Source: Eledone cirrhosa
Lineage: Eukaryota
Direction of reading: 5' to 3'
Assembly (NCBI GenBank): GCA_964016885.1
Contig: CAXHJY010001609.1
Coordinates: 1-64,000 of the forward strand
DNA: 64,000 bases
In this document: one piece after another, positions 1 through 13,300 of the stretch
Layout of the letters: each line of letters begins with the position of its first letter
How positions within the stretch are numbered: position 1 is the first letter of the stretch
Program-made: the position numbers and the translations under genes
The notes under the pieces: model-generated
Told to the model about the DNA's origin: nothing
Seen by the model: the letters and a program-made list of their open reading frames with translations, nothing else
The model's database searches: none

Positions 1-500
<500 letters not shown>

Positions 501-900
501 TTAATTTTGATAGTTTGTATAATTTTGTATAATTTTGTACATAGATCTGTTAAATATACATGCCAATTCTAACACACATATATATCCCAGAAACGATCGT
601 TAAATAATGAACTTTTTTTGTTTAATATAAGGAACTGTCTCATTGTTTTAGTCATTATTTTTTTAATATTTTATATATATATATATACATTTTTCATTCA
701 TATATATTTTTATTTGTTTGACCCGAATTTTCTTGGTCCTAGTTTTGGCTGTGCGAATGATTGTTTAAGCATCGTCTCAGTGTGTTGGTATTAAACGTTA
801 GTTATAGCTCTGGTTTATCCGAACCATTGAGCACTTTGCCGCACATTTCTAAGATTGTTTTTTCGTTATTTCGTGGGCCGAAGTTCCGATTCTCGATAAT

Positions 901-931
<31 letters not shown>

Positions 932-1042
932 CTATTTATTATTGCCTTTCAGGCTATAACAGAGGAGTTCAAGACCGGCTGCCCATGGGAACTCCTACTG
1001 CCCATGGGAACTTCGTGGGCCGAAGTTCCGATTCTCGATAAT

Positions 1043-1094
<52 letters not shown>

Positions 1095-1096
<2 letters not shown>

Positions 1097-2726
1097 TATT
1101 TATTATTGCCCTTCAGGCTATAACAGAGGAGTTCAAGACCGGCTGCCCATGGGAACTCCTATACGCAGATGATCTAACGCTCATAGCTGAATCAATGACC
1201 GAACTAGAGAAGAAATTCCAAACATGGAAGCACGGCCTAGAATCAAAAGGCCTTAAAATTAACCTGGCTAAGACTAAAGTTCTAGTTTGTAGGAAAGAAA
1301 ATAAGGCGGCAGTCCCATCTGGGAAATGGCCATGCTCAGTGTGTAGGAAAGGCGTAGGTAGAAACTCCATTTTATGTCCCAAATGCAAAGTATGGGTGCA
1401 TAAAAGATGTAGTGGGATCACAGGTAAGCTAACTAAGAACATAGATTTTACATGTGGCCGGTGCTCTGGTGCAATAAGTAGCAGCAAGTGCCCCAAAAAT
1501 ACTAGCTCCTTCAACTGCGCAGAGGGTTCTATAGAAATAGTGGACAGCTTCCGTTACCTGGGTGACAAAATCAGCAGTGGGGGAGGGTGCTCTGAAAGTA
1601 CAGTAGCTAGAGTCAGAACTGGATGGAAAAAGTTCAGAGAGCTTATACCACTATTAGCCGCTAGAGGGTTCTCCCTAAAAATGAAAGGCGGGTTATACGA
1701 TGCCTGCATACGATCAGCAATGCTGCATGGCAGTGAGACCTGGGCATTGTGTGCAGAGGATATACGCAGACTAGAGAGGAACGAAGCTTGCATGCTCCGC
1801 TGAATGTGCAATAGTAATATACGTGAACGGCAAAGCATAAACGAACTAAGGAAAAAATTAGAAATAAGAGGGATCAGATGTTGTTTACTCGAGAGAAGGC
1901 TACGTTGGTACGGTCACGTGATGCGCATGAAAGACGACAGTTGTATAACAAAGTGCAGGGCAATAAAGATAGACGGTAGCCACGGAGTAGGCAGACCCAG
2001 AAAAACATGGGACGAGCTGATAAATTCCGACCTCACACGCTTACACCTCTCCAAGACAATGTCACTGGACCGAGACCTTTGGCGGTACTCAGTAATAGAG
2101 AAGACCCGCCTTACCTAAATACAAAGTAAAAACCTACTACAGTCAGTCGGCATCTCTATCAAAACACCCCCCCGTCCCACCACCTCCACCCCATCCACAC
2201 CGCTCCTTTCAATGTACAGTTATGTTGGTCCCACAACATCCAGGCCGAAACAAATGAGATCGTGTAGGTGTCACGACAAAAAACACACAGTCCACGCTGT
2301 AAATGTGGCCGTGTAGGCAACACGGTAAAAACCTCCCAGCCCCACACTGTAAGTGTGGTTGGTGTTAGGAAGGGCATCCAACTGTAGAAAACCCGCCAGA
2401 CAGTCCACGCTGTAATGTGGCTGTGTAGGCAACACGGTAAAAACCTCCCAGCCCCACACTGTAAATGTGGTTGGTGTTAGGAAGGGCATCCAACTGTAGA
2501 AAACCCGCCAGACAGTCCACGCTGTAATGTGGCCGTGTAGGCAACACGGTAAAAACCTCCCAGCCCCACACTGTAAATGTGGTTGGTGTTAGGAAGGGCA
2601 TCCAACTGTAGAAAACCCGCCAGACAGTCCTATGCGAGCAAGACAACCACTCTTGCCTCAAGTGGGAAAACCCCCGTCCAAACCCATGCAAGCGTGGAAC
2701 ACGGACGCTAAACCTGGTGATGATGA
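1095..2726 (+). mobile_element. 5'-truncated RTE-clade LINE (RT C-terminus with PHD finger, 3' UTR, (GAT)n tail)
   Basis: Encodes LFIIALQA..WELLYADDL..PHD..GRPRKTW; in-frame TGA at 1801-1803; closely similar to 12975-14380. Confidence 0.93.
2288..2624 (+). repeat. Triplicated 112-bp unit inside the RTE 3' UTR
   Basis: Units start at 2288, 2401 and 2513, bounded by ACAGTCC; single copy in the sister element at ~14168-14285. Confidence 0.9.
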
Positions 2727-3729
2727 TATATATATATACATATATATATATATTTATATATATATATAAATATATAAACATACATATATATATATAAATA
2801 TATAAACATACATATATATATATAAATATATAAACATACATATATATATATAAATATATAAACATACATATATATATATATATATACACTCATATGTTTA
2901 TATTTATATATACATATATATATATACACTCATATGTATGTTTATATATATATATAAAGATATATATACTCTTACATGTATACATCTGAAAATGTATATA
3001 TGTATGTAAACACATACTTAAACGTACATGTACATACATATAGATGGACAGTTATACATATACAATAACTTATTTCTATACATACATATACCACAAGTAA
3101 GGCATTGTGCTGCCAACTAACCAGACCTCCCTCATAATGGACCAGCTAGATCCCAAAATACAGGCCTGCTAGCCAACACACAGTCCCAATAAGTGTAAGT
3201 TACAGCACAGCTATCTTGACAGACTTGTCTTAAGACTACTCTTTATCCCACTACATCTTTTGTATACTATATATATACTGTATATATACTGTTTATATAT
3301 ATATATATACACATATAATTGTGTATTCACACATTATCTTAGTAATGAAATAATTAATAATTTTAGTAAATTGTTCAACATTCTTCATTAACCCTTTAGG
3401 TAGAAACACAGCCAAAATTGGTTCTCGTTCTATGGAAATGGTTCCTATCTAAATTAAAGTCTTCCAACGAAATTCTATATAACAACCATACGTTAAGTTA
3501 CTATGTTAGTAATTAACTAACAATTGTGAGAAATAGCTCAAAATTATTCATAATTAATTGAAGTACGAGGTTCATAATTATAATAAAATCTTCGAATAGG
3601 CTACGAAGCCGGTAAACCGTAAAGGTACGCAACACACACATCGCTATAGCGTTTCACCAGCCCCTTCCTTTCTCAATCATTACATAGATGTGTGTGTATG
3701 TAATAATTATTTTGTATTGTGTGTCTATT

Positions 3730-4790
3730 TATGAATATGTATGAGTAGATGTGTAACGCAGTAGATGTGTGTGTATGTAACACAGTAGATGTGTGTGTAT
3801 GTAACATGGTAGATGTGTGTATATAACACAGTAGATGTATGTGTATGTAACACAGTAGATGTATGTGTGTAACTCAGTAGATGTGTGTCTATGTAACGCA
3901 GTAGATGTGTGTGTATATATATAACACAGTAGATGTTTATGTAACAGATGTGTGTGTATGTAACACAGTAGATGTGTGTATATGTAACACAGTAGATGTG
4001 TCTGTATGTAACTCAGTAGATGTGTGTATATGTAACACAGTAGATGTGTCTGTATGTAACTCAGTAGATGTGTGTGTATGTAACACAGTAGATATGTGTG
4101 TGTAACACAGTAGAAGTGTGTATGTAACACAGTAGATGTGCGTGTATGTAACACAGTAGATGTGCGTGTATGTAACATAGTAGATGTGTGTGTATGTAAC
4201 ACAGTAGATGTGCGTGTATGTAACACAGTAGATGTGCGTGTATGTAACACAGTAGATGTGTGTGTATGTAACACAGTAGATGTGCGTGTATGTAACACAG
4301 TAGATGTGCGTGTATGTAACACAGTAGATGTGTGTGTATGTAACACAGTAATGTGTGTGTATGTAACACAGTAGATGTGTGTGTGTATGTAACATAGTAG
4401 ATGTGTGTGTATGTAACACAGTAGATGTGTCTGTATGTAACCCAGTAGATGTGCCTGTATGTAACACAGTAGATGTCTGTGTATGTAACACAGTAGAAAT
4501 GTGTATGTAACACAGTAGATGTGTCTGTATGTAACCCAGTAGATGTGCCTGTATGTAACACAGTAGATGTGTCTGTATGTAACCCAGTAGATGTGCCTGT
4601 ATGTAACACAGTAGATGTATGTGTATGTAACACAGTAGATGTGTCTGTATGTAACCCAGTAGATGTGCCAGTATGTAACAAAGTAGATGTGTATGTATGT
4701 AACCCAGTAGATGTGCCTGTATGTAACATAGTAGATGTGTATGTATGTAACACAGTAGAAGTGTGTATGTAACACAGTAGATCTATATGT
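3730..4790. repeat. 24-bp minisatellite (ACACAGTAGATGTGTGTGTATGTA)
   Basis: Direct tandem repeats; 8-aa periodicity in the spurious ORFs. Confidence 0.95.
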
Positions 4791-5289
4791 AACTAAAGTG
4801 TAACGTACGTTGCGAATGGACGACAAAATGAATTTAACTTGTTTTTTTAACAATTGATGGTGGAAAAACTTTTAAATTGTCTTAACTCAAACCATAAAGG
4901 GCCGCAACGCATGGAGTCTGACACTCTTACCGGCTACATAGCGTGGGAGTCTATTTTACCGAGACCGACTACATAGCTTCTTCCTAAAATCTTCCAACAT
5001 AATTTTATACAAGAACCACATGTTAAGTTACTAATAAAATAATTAATAATTAAAAACTTTAGTAAATCCTTCCAATGATATCTCAGTAATGAAATAATTA
5101 ATAATTGTTATAAATACCTCAAAATTCCTCATTAATTAAACCCAAGACAGGTAAAAACTCCAGATTCTTTCAGCCGGACATGAAACAAATTAATTTCTAA
5201 TGGAAGAAAAGATGTTAAAGTCAGCGGCTTATTGTAATTCTTGTTCGTGAATTAATCCGGATTAAATTATTCCGGTGTATTTTGTGTGG

Positions 5290-5530
5290 AGGAAACCGGG
5301 TTTACGCGGTGATAGCGCGTAATTCCCGAACGTATGGTTCGTGAGTTCGAATCCCAGACCGGGCGGTCTGTACGTTGGGGCCTTGAACAAGACACTTTAT
5401 TTCTCAATGTTTCATTTCACCCAGCTGGCAAAAATAATAGGTTGTACCAGTAATTATAGGGGGTGGTTGTTACATAGAATTGTCACACTGAATCTCCCTG
5501 AGAATAATGTCAACGGTACACGTGTCAATA
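5290..5530 (+). mobile_element. tRNA-derived CORE-like SINE (diverged)
   Basis: B-box GTTCGAATCC at ~5345 followed by CCTTGAACAAGACACTTTATTTC, shared with other SINE copies. Confidence 0.7.
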
Positions 5531-5629
5531 ACCAGGCATATTATAATATAAGATGGGTTCTATATGTATTTAAATAGGAGGCCATGTCACAAGTTTTGTC
5601 TCGCTGAATCTCCCTGAGAACTACGTATA

Positions 5630-7558
5630 TACTAGTGACTATCAGACACAGTATATCTAGGACTACATTATCTAATGTACAGTACAGTAGTGAGTATTAG
5701 TGATTATCAGACAGTGTATCTTGGACTACATTATCTTATGTACAGTATAGTAGTTAGTATCAGTAGCTATCAGCACTAGTGTCTCTAGGACTACATTATC
5801 TAATGTACAGTAGTTAGTATTAATGGCTATCAGACATGGTTTATCTAGGACTACATTATCTAATGTACAGTATAGTAGTTAGTATTAGTAGCTATCAGAC
5901 ATAGTATATCTAGGACTACATTATCTAATGTACAGTACAGTAGTTAGTATTATTTGCTATCAGATATATTGTATCTAGGACTACATTATCTAATGTACAG
6001 TACAGTAGTTAGTATTAGTGGCTATCAGACATAGTGTATCTAGGACTACATTATCTAATGTACAGTACTGTAGTTAGTATTAGTGACTATCAAACATAGT
6101 ATATCTAGGACTACATTAACTAATGTACAGTATAGTAGTTAGTATAGGTGGCTATCAGACATAGTATATCTAGGATTATATTATCTAATGTACAGTAGTT
6201 AGTATTAGTGGCTATCAGACATAGTGTATCTAGGACTACATTATCTAATGTACAGTATAGTAGTTAGTGTTAGTGGCTGTCAGACATAGTGTATCTAGGA
6301 CTACATTATCTAATGTACAGTAGTTAGTATTAATGGCTATCAGACATGGTTTATCTAGGACTACATTATCTAATGTACAGTATAGTAGTTAGTATTAGTA
6401 GCTATCAGACATAGTATATCTAGGACTACATTATCTAATGTACTGTATAGTAGTTAGTATTAGTAGCTATCAGCCATAGTGTATCTAGGACTACATTATC
6501 TAATGTACAGTACAGTAGTTAGTATTAGTGGCTATCAGACATAGTGTGTCTAGGACTACATTATCTAATGTACTGTATAGTAGTTAGTATTAGTGGCTAT
6601 CAGACATAGTATATCTAGGACTACATTATCTAATGTACAGTACAGTAGTTAGTATTAGTGGCTATCAGACATAGTGTGTCTAGGACTACATTATCTAATG
6701 TACTGTACAGTAGTTAGTATTAGTGGCTATCAGACATAGTTTATCTAGGACTACATTATCTAATGTACAGTACAGTAGTTAGTATTAGTGGCTATCAGGC
6801 ATAGTATATCTAGGACTACATTATCTAATGTACAGTACAGTAGTTAGTATTATTTGCTATCAGATATATTGTATCTAGGACTACATTATCTAATGTACAG
6901 TACAGTAGTTAGTATTAGTGGCTATCAGACATAGTGTATCTAGGACTACATTATCTAATGTACAGTATAGTAGTTAGTGTTAGTGGCTGTCAGACATAGT
7001 ATATCTAGGACTACATTATCTAATGTACAGTAGTTAGTATTAGTGGCTATCAGACATAGTGTATCTAGGACTACATTATCTAATGTACAGTACAGTAGTT
7101 AGTATTAGTGGCTATCAGACATAGTGTATCAAGGACTACATTATCTAATGTACATTATAATGGTTGGTATTAGTGGCTATCAGACATAGTGTATCTGGGA
7201 CTACATTATCTAATGTACAGTAGTTAGTATTACTGGCTATCAAATATAGTGTGTAGGAGTACATTATCTAATGTAAAGTACATTAGTTAGTATTAGTAGC
7301 TATCAGACATAGTATATCTAGGACTACATTATCTAATGTACAGTACAGTAGTTAGTATTAGTGGCTATCAGCCATAGTGTATATAGGACTACATTATCTA
7401 ATGTACAGTATAGTAGTTAGTATTAGTGGTTATCAGACATAGTAATCTAAGACTACATTATCCAATGTACAGTATAGTAGTTAGTATTAGTGGCTATCAG
7501 ACATAGTGTATCAAGGACTATATTATCTAATGTACAGTATAGTACTTAGTATTAGTGG
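5630..7558. repeat. 65/60-bp tandem satellite, ~30 copies
   Basis: TAGGACTACA recurs at 5911, 5976, 6041 (period 65); some units lack 5 nt. Confidence 0.95.
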
Positions 7559-8660
7559 TAATGTTGTTATATATATTTTCACTTGTATATAATTACTGTA
7601 TCGTTGAAAGATTCACATAATTATATTATTTACATTAATATAGACATTAAATAAATCTTTGTCAACTTACTTTTTCACATATAATCAATGTGTTGTGTTA
7701 GTTTTTATTAAACAACCAAAGACAAATTCATTCTTATAGGACTTTCTAACATAGCTATCATCTCCTCTCCTGATGACATGTCAACACCAGTTTAACTTCC
7801 ACCTTTTTATTAGTAGGAGTCAATTCTTTCTCAATATCTTTTTCTCACTTCTCTCTCCTTCTCCGGGAGGAATCAGCTGTGCTTAGACCAGGAGTCTAAT
7901 GAATCTATATGAATCCTTACAATATTTGATTTCACTTGAAGTTTTATTCAGATCTCAATTGTGTTCAGACCTGGAGGAGATGGGCTCCATCAGGTTTTAA
8001 AATATGTGCAACAAAGACTGAAATCCACTAGAGTACCCCTACGACTACCCCAAGATTTACAGGTCCATACAATATATATATATATATAAATATATATCCC
8101 TTTCTCTGGAAGAAATCAAGTGTATTCAGATCTGGAAGAAGGGTGTGGTCTCCACCAGGTCTAAAATACCCAATAAATGTTATATGTCACTAAGGTACCC
8201 CTATGATTCCACAAGGATTTACTTTCTTTGGGACTATGTCTGGGTCAACCTGTGAAATAGGGATTGAGTAACTGTATTTCAGGGAGCTGTTTTGATATTG
8301 AAGGGACATCTGTTGGTGTAGGGTTTCGTTGGTGACATAATAAGGTTCTAATACTGTAAAGAGCTACCTGAAACACTGTCTGGTACATGTTTTGGAGACA
8401 TGATCATAAAGCCATGTATTGAGAAGCAGTCAGCAAAGTTAGGATTAACATTGACTATATTGAAGAAATATATTTTTCCAATGTTGTTATATTTTCACTT
8501 GTATATAATTACTGTATCGTTGAAGGGTTCACATAATTCTATTATTTACACACATTAATATAGACATTAAGTAAATCTTTGTCAACTTCCCTCCTTCAGA
8601 TGTAATCAATGTGTTGTGTTAATTTTTTATTAAACAACCAAAGAAATAATCTCTTGTATT
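7558..8660 (-). other. Remnant 5' exon/intron sequence of a further ZNF gene unit
   Basis: 7558-7720 and 8465-8660 match the donor region at 27050-27240; 7735-8230 matches ZNF intron 51955-52290. Confidence 0.7.
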
Positions 8661-8679
8661 TGTGAGTTCACTAAAACTA

Positions 8680-8930
8680 GATGGTGTCTGACAAAACACA
8701 GGAGAGATACTAAATAACAGCCTTGTCACTGAGGAGGTTATATAATGTGTGACAAAAGAGCTTTGACAATAAACAAATAAACTAACCAACTGGATGTTTA
8801 TAATAAATGGAAGAGTAAACCAACAATTGCATGAGTTTTTATTAGCAGCATGACTCCCCCAAAGTATAACAATATGTTTCAACACAAGTTTTCAGATAAG
8901 AAACCCTGCTTGACAAATACAAAAACGGAG
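8680..8930 (+). mobile_element. Penelope-like element terminal-repeat fragment with decayed hammerhead (8723-8769)
   Basis: Homologous to the reverse complement of 53025-53280; TTGTCA-CTGAGGA-stemII-(G>A)AAA-GAG-CTT-TGACAA. Confidence 0.75.
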
Positions 8931-8942
8931 TGGGTGTGTGTG

Positions 8943-8989
<47 letters not shown>

Positions 8990-9177
8990 ATGTACACTCA
9001 CACACACACATATATATATATACACATATGGACATACACTCACACACACACACACATATATATATACACAAAAGACTATAGACATTTTTCTGAGGCAAGA
9101 CAATCTGTTGTAATAATCTATATGTATGATTATGTTTGTAAATAAAAACCATTAATCTGGATACCTAAATATGGAAT

Positions 9178-9265
9178 GTTACGTGATGGGGCCCCCCACT
9201 GCCCCGGCGGACAGGATGGAGAAGGCGTTCCCACGGAGGACGGCAAGGGAGACGCACTGGAATAT
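9178..9265 (-). mobile_element. 3' fragment of the CRE-clade retrotransposon family seen at 61-63.8 kb
   Basis: Reverse complement closely matches 63665-63750; GC-rich island in microsatellite context. Confidence 0.85.
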
Positions 9266-9304
9266 GGGCGTACACTCACACACATATATACACAGACACA
9301 CATA

Positions 9305-9471
9305 TATATATATAAGGTAAACAGAAATAACAACACAATCAGTACAGTACATGGAAGGAATACATTAGGTTAACACTTGAAATAACAGGTGCTATTTCAA
9401 GTGTTAACCTAATATATTCCTTCCATGTACTGTACTGATTGTGTTGTTATTTCTGTTTACCTTATATATAT
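9305..9471. repeat. Near-perfect ~165-bp palindrome
   Basis: AAGGTAAACAGAAAT...CACTTGAAATA, spacer ACAGGTGC, then the exact inverse with ~1 mismatch. Confidence 0.92.
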
Positions 9472-9599
9472 CAACTCTTACGTGGACCTCTCAAATTCAT
9501 TGGATTTTCACCCTGAACCTGGATACCCACCCAGAGTTTACCTGAACTTCCACCAGGAAATATTTACATATCACTGATATTTTCTTTGCTCCTCGTATT

Positions 9600-9742
9600 A
9601 TATAGAGTTACCTCCCTTTATGATCTGAGTTCAAATCCCACTGAGGTTAACTTTGCCTTTCATCCTTACGGGGTTGATAAAATAAAGTACCAGTAATGTA
9701 CTGAGATAATTGCTGGCCTTGTGCCAAAAGTAGTAACAATTA
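9600..9742 (+). mobile_element. Truncated tRNA-derived SINE (second family)
   Basis: GAGTTCAAATCC...GACTTTGCCTTTCATCCTTACGGGG..GATAAAATAAAGTACCAG-like block matches 21061-21247. Confidence 0.85.
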
Positions 9743-10240
9743 TATATATATCTATCCAAGAGCTGAACTGAGGGTCTGGTGTGGCCAACTGGCCCCTTTG
9801 TATGGTGGTGCCATCCAACACCAGACTCCCAAACTGTGGTACGACATCTGTCCCTCCTCATAGAGATGTTATTCAGTACCGGGCCCCCAAACTGTGGTAA
9901 TTTTGTGTGTTGGGTTTGGCCACCCCTCATCACGGTGCCACACCGTACCAGGCCCCCAAACTGCGGCTACCCTGTGAGATAGGTTAGGCTCTGAAAACGT
10001 GGTTCCGTTGTGAGACAGGTTCGGCGGGGCCAACTGGTCTGTTGCTCCTCATAATGGAGCCATCCAGTTCCACACTGTAAACGTGGTTGGTGTTAGGAAG
10101 GGCATCCAGCTGTAAAATACCCTCCAAATGTACAGTCCTCACTCTAGTGAGGACTGTACATTTGGAGGGTATTTTACACAGGTCCAACCCTGGCCAGACT
10201 TGCAAGCATGGAAAAATTGACATTAAATGAAAATGATGAT

Positions 10241-10271
<31 letters not shown>

Positions 10272-10382
10272 TTATTTATTTATTTATATACATTCACACG
10301 AAACAATTATACATACACAAACATATTTAGATAGATGTATCCACATATATTCCTATACCTAGGTGTGTGTATGTATATATAT

Positions 10383-13300
10383 AACTCTTATTAATGGTCA
10401 GACCTGCTCGCTCTCCTAGAAATGTAATGTAAAATGCCATTTTTTCTTGTCCCTCCATCCTCTCGGTCCATTCATTCATATATCCGTATCATCGCCCAGA
10501 ATCCAATCTTTTGCTCTTTCTCAATGCTATTCTATAATTCTGTCTGGATGTTCTAAATAATCTTCTTGTATTTTAAAATCCCATTATTCGCTTATTACTT
10601 ATATGCTTGTCCAATTATGCCCAAAATTCGAGGATTTTATTTAAACCCTCTCGCTAACTACCCCATACCCCTCCCAACCGCCCCCACTCGCCACCATTAT
10701 TATTTGGATCAATCATAAGTCAGCGGCCTATGCTATCACTTCTCCTGGTTGCTTTTCGATATGATGGATGGACTAAGGAATTCTGGAGAGTCTGAAAAAT
10801 CTGGACACTCAGTGACAATGCCAAAGATAAAGACAAATTCACATGCTGCCAGACGAAAAGGCAAGGACCCCTCCTCTTTGTTTCAGCCGCAGATGGCAAC
10901 ATAACCCCAACCACATCCCCCCCCGGCACCCCACCGTTTCCACCCACCAAACGCAATCCAAAACTTCAGAGTTGGTACCATGAATGTAGGGACCTTAAAA
11001 GGCCGCTCTAACGAGGTTGTAGAAATGCTTGAACGTTAGGAGGTTGATGTTTGCTGTATCCAAGAGACCAGGTGGAGGGGCGGGTCTGCTAGATTCATTG
11101 TGGGTAAAATACGATGCTATAAGCTTTTCTGGGTGGGAAATGACAATGGGCTGGGTGGGGTAGGAATCATGGTAGCAGAAAAATGGGTAGATAAGATAAT
11201 AGACGTAAATAGAGTCAACGACAGAATAATTAAAATAAGACATGTCCTAAATAGAACTACTGTGACAGTAATATCTGCATATGCACCCCAATCCGGACTA
11301 CCCGGCGCTATAAAAGACAGATTCTACGAGACATTGATGCTCACTACCTCCCAAATAATCGACAGTGACTACATAGTTATCGCTGGCGACCTAAATGGTC
11401 ACGTTGGACAACATTGTGACGGCTATGACGGAATCCATGGAGGCTATGGGTTTGGTACTAGAAATGAGGAAGGCTCCAGAATCCTGGAATTCTGTGACCC
11501 AAATAACCTAACTATCTGTAACACTAACTTCAAAAAACGAGACAATCACTTGATCACCTATAGATCAGGGGAACACGCCAGTCAGATAGATTATATCCTT
11601 ACCAGAAGACGTGATAGAGTGTCTTTTGTAAACACTAAATCCCTCCCCCATGAAGAATGCACCTCCCAACATAGACTGATATTTAGCGACCTCATAGTCA
11701 GGACGAGACGTATTCGACAACAGAAGAGGTCTATCCCCAGGAGAAAAATATGGAAATTAAAGGACCCCACAGCCAGTCATAAATTTAAAAGCATACTACT
11801 TGATGCTTTCGACAGTAAGGAAGAGCAATTAGAGTCGTACAATATAGAGGAACAATGGGTATTCCTGAAAGCTAACCTGCTGAAGGTGGCAGATGAAGTA
11901 TGTGGCTGGAGCAGGCTTATAGGCAGGAGGAGAGTAACGTGGTGGTGGAACAGTAAAGTGGAGGAGTCAATTAAGGCCAAAAAGCAGGCTTCGAAAGTAT
12001 GGCGGGATGGGGGAAGTAGAGAAGACAATCAAGTGGCCAGGAGGGAAGCTAGGAAACAAGTGTACTTTGCAAGAAAGGAAGCAGAGGAAAGAAGGTTCAA
12101 GCATGTTCTACAACGCGAGGAACAAAAATGTGAGGTGTTCAGGATTGCTAGGCAATGTGTCAAGGAAAACCGTGATATTGTCGGGGAGAAGTGTGTCCTT
12201 AATGATGATGGTGTACTTGCCATCACTGATGCTGATAAGAAGGTAGCTTGGAAGTGTCACTACGAAAGGCTACTAAATGAGGAGAATAAATGGGAGAAAG
12301 ACAATCTCCCCCACATCGACCCAATAGAGGGACCAGCAGTGTTAGTCGAAGATAGTATAATAAGTAAGGCAATCAAAGATATGAAGACGGGTAAGGCGGC
12401 TGGGCCTTCGGAAATAGTTGCTGAAATGCTGAAAGCTTCTGGAACGGTGGGACACATCATGGTCACCCGGGTAGTAAACCAAGTCACAGAATGGGGTTGT
12501 TCCGAAGGACTGGCGTAGCAGCATCATCATTAACTGCTACAAGGGTAAAGGAGATGCCCTAGATAGGAGTAACTATAGAGGCATTAAATTAATCGACAAG
12601 GTCATGAAGGTCACAGAAAGAGTTATAGCGCAACTAATCAGACAGAGAATTGATCTAGATGAAATGCAGTTCGGGTTTGTGTCAGGTAAAAGTACCACAG
12701 ACGCTCTTTTCATTGTACGACAACTACAGGAGAAGTACCTAACTAAAAGTAAACCCCTATACTTAGCTTTTGTCGACTTGGAGAAAGCCTTCGACAGAGT
12801 CCCCCGTTCCATTATCTGGTGGGCTCTTAGAAAACTAGGTGTTGATGAATGGCTTGTGAGAGCTATACAAGCCATGTATAAAGAAACAGTCAGCAAGGTT
12901 CAAAGTAACAACGAATATAGTGAAGAGTTTAGCGTAAAAGTTGGTGTTCATCAGGGCTCCGTTCTTAGCCCCCTACTATTTATCATTGCCCTTCAGGCTA
13001 TAACAGTGGAGTTCAAGACCGGCTGCCCATGGGAACTCCTATACGCAGATGATCTAACGCTCATGGCTGAATCAATGGCCGAACTAGAGAAGAAATTCCA
13101 AACATGGAAGCATGGCCTAGAATCAAAAGGCCTTAAAATTAACCTGTCTAAGACTAAAGTTCTAGTTTGTAGGAAGGAAAATAGGGCGCCGGTCCCATCC
13201 GGGAAATGACCATGTTCAGTGTGTAGGAAAGGAGTAGGTAGAAACTCCATTTTATGTCCCAAATGCAAAGTATGTTAGCATAAAAGATATAGTGGGATCA

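Noticed and set aside
3300-3630. Possible TTAA MITE related to 4880-5220
   Set aside because: Shared internal similarity is visible, but matching termini and a TSD could not be established
3729-4853. 374-aa His/Thr/Tyr-rich ORF
   Set aside because: Open in several frames only because the 24-bp minisatellite lacks stops on that strand
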